A stretch of 32,000 nt of DNA, taken from assembly GCF_000195955.2 (NCBI RefSeq), contig NC_000962.3, positions 1,560,001 through 1,592,000 of the forward strand, in the 5' to 3' direction. Positions 27,772-32,000 of the stretch are shown here, one piece after another. Position 1 is the stretch's first letter, and the number at the start of each line of letters is the position of its first letter. Made by a program: the position numbers and the translations under genes. Under the pieces are notes generated by a model. The model was given only the letters and a program-made list of their open reading frames with translations. It did no database searches and had not been told where the DNA came from. The stretch is from Mycobacterium tuberculosis H37Rv (GTDB taxonomy: Bacteria; Actinomycetota; Actinomycetes; Mycobacteriales; Mycobacteriaceae).

Positions 27772-28482
27772 TCAGCTCACCGGGGGCTTCGTGACCTGGA
27801 CCTTCTCGCCCCATTTCGACAAGGTCATCTGGACGGAATTGCCCGAGCCGCGGTCCAACTGGGCCTGTGCCAGTTGATGATCGCCGGTCTCCTGAATCCA
27901 GACGGTCGCCGGCACCGGCTGCGTCGCGTTGAACGGCGGCGCTATCTGGTTCACCGCCTGTGCCGATACCTTCCCGCTGATGCGGATGGTGTTCTGGCCG
28001 TTGATGGTATCCCGCCCTTCGGCTTTTGCGTCGGCGAAATTCGCCAGCACGTTGGCCAGGCCGGTATCCGGATTCAGCACCTGGGCGGGGTCGTAGATGT
28101 CGGCGGCGGGACCGAAATCGCTCCACTGGTTGGGCGTCAGGGTGGCGTACAGGATCCCGTCGAACACCACGAAGTCGGCATCGATATCAGACCCACCCAG
28201 CGTGAGCTTGACGTTTCCCGTCGCGGCGGTGGGGTTGGTGGTGAGATCGCCGCTCAGCGTCTTCAGAGACAGTCCCGGGATCTTGCCGTTGACCGTCAGC
28301 ACCATGTGCGCGCTCTTGAGAGCCTTGGTCTGCGCGGTGGCCTCCTCGACCAGCGGCTTCGCGTCCGGAAGTGGTCCGCCGCTTGGCTTCGAGCCCGACG
28401 AGCAGCCGGCAACGACAGTGGCGGCGATGCTAACGGCGGCGAGGACGGCGATGCGACGGCAGTGGCGTCTGGGGGTCCGCAT
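27772..28482 (-). CDS. lprG: Lipoprotein LprG (236 aa)
   Basis: Signal peptide with lipobox [28 protein letters not shown]. Mature LppX/LprG-type domain [42 protein letters not shown] at 28482. Confidence 0.94.
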
Positions 28483-28566
28483 ACCCTGCATCGTAGAGGG
28501 TGTCTGTGAGTTGGCCGGTCGGCGAGTGGGGTGCGGGTCCGCGGGATTGCTGCCTAACCTGGTGCG

Positions 28567-29172
28567 ATGTTCACCGGAATTGTTGAGGAACGCGGAGAAG
28601 TGACCGGGCGTGAGGCCCTGGTCGATGCGGCGCGGCTGACCATCCGCGGTCCGATGGTTACCGCCGACGCCGGCCACGGCGACTCGATCGCTGTCAACGG
28701 CGTGTGTCTGACGGTCGTCGATGTATTGCCCGACGGCCAATTCACCGCCGACGTGATGGCCGAGACACTGAACCGGTCCAACCTGGGTGAGCTACGGCCC
28801 GGCAGCCGGGTGAACCTGGAACGCGCCGCGGCGCTGGGCAGCCGGCTCGGCGGGCACATCGTGCAGGGACATGTGGACGCCACCGGTGAAATCGTGGCGC
28901 GTTGTCCCTCCGAGCACTGGGAAGTGGTGCGCATCGAGATGCCGGCTTCGGTGGCTCGCTATGTCGTCGAAAAGGGCTCGATCACCGTCGACGGGATTTC
29001 TCTGACGGTCTCCGGGCTCGGCGCCGAACAGCGGGACTGGTTTGAGGTCTCGCTGATCCCGACGACCCGGGAGCTGACCACGCTGGGGTCCGCTGCGGTG
29101 GGAACCCGGGTGAACCTCGAAGTCGACGTAGTCGCAAAGTATGTTGAGCGGTTAATGCGGAGCGCCGGCTGA
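28567..29172 (+). CDS. ribC: Riboflavin synthase alpha chain (201 aa); annotated ribC in M. tuberculosis (ribE elsewhere)
   Basis: [14 protein letters not shown]...[12 protein letters not shown]...[14 protein letters not shown]...[13 protein letters not shown]: two lumazine-binding repeats. Confidence 0.95.
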
Positions 29173-29198
29173 CATCGCTCGCCGAGGGAGGGAGCCCC

Positions 29199-30292
29199 AT
29201 GTCTTGCATTCCGGACGAGATCGATACGCCCGACGTGCTGATCGACCGCGACATCCTTGACCGCAACATCGGGCGAATGAGTTCCGCCGTCGCCGCGAAA
29301 GGGATCGCCCTGCGTCCCCACGTGAAGACGCACAAGCTGCCTGAGATCGCCCATATGCAACTCCGCGCGGGCGCGCGGCCTGACGGTGGCCACCATCGGG
29401 GAAGTCGAGGTATTCGTCGACCACGGCGCCGACGACGTATTCATCACCTACCCATTGTGGATCGGCACACGCCAAGCCGACCGGCTCCGTCAGCTGGCTG
29501 ACCGCGCTCGCATCGCTGTCGGTGCGGGCACCGCCGAGGGCGCTTCGAACACCGGCGCACGGCTCGCAGACGCCGCTGGCGCGATCGATGTTCTCATCGA
29601 AATCGACAGTGGCCATCACCGCAGCGGCGTCCGTGCCGAACAAGTGTTGGAGGTCGCCCACGCCGTCGGTGAGGCTGGGCTTCACCTGGTGGGGGTGTTC
29701 ACCTTCCCCGGTCACAGTTATGCGCCAGGTAAACCCGGCGAAGCCGGCGAGCAAGAGCGGCGCGCTCTCAACGACGCGGCGAACGCGCTGGTCGCGGTGG
29801 GCTTCCCGATCAGCTGCCGCAGCGGTGGGTCCACTCCCACCGCATTGCTCACCGCCGCGGACGGGGCCTCCGAGACGTCCCGGCGTCTATGTGCTCGGTG
29901 ACGCCCAGCAACTGGAACTCGGGCGCTGCGCGCCGGCGGACATCGCGCTGACCGTTGCCGCCACCGTAGTGAGCCGCCAGGACTGCAGGTCCGGCTTGCG
30001 CCGAATTGTCCTTGACTGCGGTAGCAAGATTCTCGGCAGCGATCGTCCGGCCTGGGCGACTGGGTTCGGCCGTCTGATCGACCACGCCGATGCGCGCATC
30101 GCGGCGCTGTCGGAGCATCACGCCACCGTTGTCTGGCCCGACGACGCCCCGCTCCCGCCGGTGGGAACACGTCTGCGGGTGATTCCCAACCACGTGTGCC
30201 TGACCACCAACCTCGTAGATGATGTCGCCGTGGTGCGCGACGCAACCCTGATTGATCGCTGGAAAGTCGCCGCCCGCGGTAAGAACCATTGA
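29199..30292 (+). pseudogene. Split remnant of a D-threonine aldolase/alanine-racemase-N-fold PLP enzyme; contains the ORFs annotated as Rv1413 (29386-29901) and Rv1414 (29891-30292)
   Basis: Three + strand frames join into one homologous protein. 29199 onward gives [54 protein letters not shown]. About 29380 onward gives [27 protein letters not shown]...[11 protein letters not shown]...[21 protein letters not shown]. About 29875 onward gives [16 protein letters not shown]...VVSRQD....VLDCGSKILGSD...PNHVCLTTNLVDDVAVV. The frame changes near 29371-29381 and near 29873-29876. Confidence 0.8.
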
Positions 30293-30396
30293 TCCTGTCG
30301 CACTTGGTCACGGCAATACCGCCTGGCTCAATGGTTCATACTGAATGGAACACGTGGGCTTCGCGTGCGGCCAGGCCTGACAGCTAGGTAGCAAAG

Positions 30397-32000
<1,604 letters not shown>

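Noticed and set aside
27767-28126. N-terminal extension of the P55 ORF to position 28126 (638 aa)
   Set aside because: It overlaps lprG in another frame. The MFS protein starts naturally at [22 protein letters not shown] (27766), just after the lprG stop.
28483-28566. Possible FMN riboswitch upstream of riboflavin synthase
   Set aside because: The divergent region is only 84 bp, too short for the RFN element plus an expression platform, and no RFN-like conserved segments were seen.

Overview
The window reads as one contiguous piece of a Mycobacterium tuberculosis-complex chromosome. Gene order and protein sequences match, from memory, the H37Rv region from the 3' end of carB (Rv1384) to the 5' part of ribH (Rv1416). 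No database search was run. Contents in order: carB (partial), pyrF, PE15, PPE20, mihF, gmk, rpoZ, coaBC/dfp, metK, a Baeyer-Villiger-type flavin monooxygenase, cyp132, a divergent AraC-family regulator, PE_PGRS25, the VapBC10 toxin-antitoxin pair, two tandem HSL-family esterases (nlhH, lipI), a YhhN-family membrane protein, priA, a MarR regulator flanked by two paralogous methyltransferases, fmt, an rsmB/fmu-like gene, rpe, ribD/ribG, the P55-lprG pair on the opposite strand, riboflavin synthase, a split PLP-fold gene (Rv1413/Rv1414), ribA2 and ribH (partial). I found no phage, IS element, CRISPR array, tRNA or rRNA, and no convincing wholly new multi-gene system. The observations most worth a second look are: (1) a perfect 27-bp hairpin between the convergent metK and Rv1393c genes; (2) Rv1413/Rv1414 as pieces of one D-threonine aldolase/alanine-racemase-like gene broken by two frameshifts; (3) a PriA that has lost recognisable Walker A/B motifs; (4) a motif shared upstream of both methyltransferase paralogs flanking the MarR gene; (5) a Fur/Zur-like box upstream of PE15-PPE20, combined with a His-rich repeat inside PPE20; (6) spaced repeats in the cyp132/AraC-regulator intergenic region; and (7) start-site questions for mihF, Rv1401 and priA.
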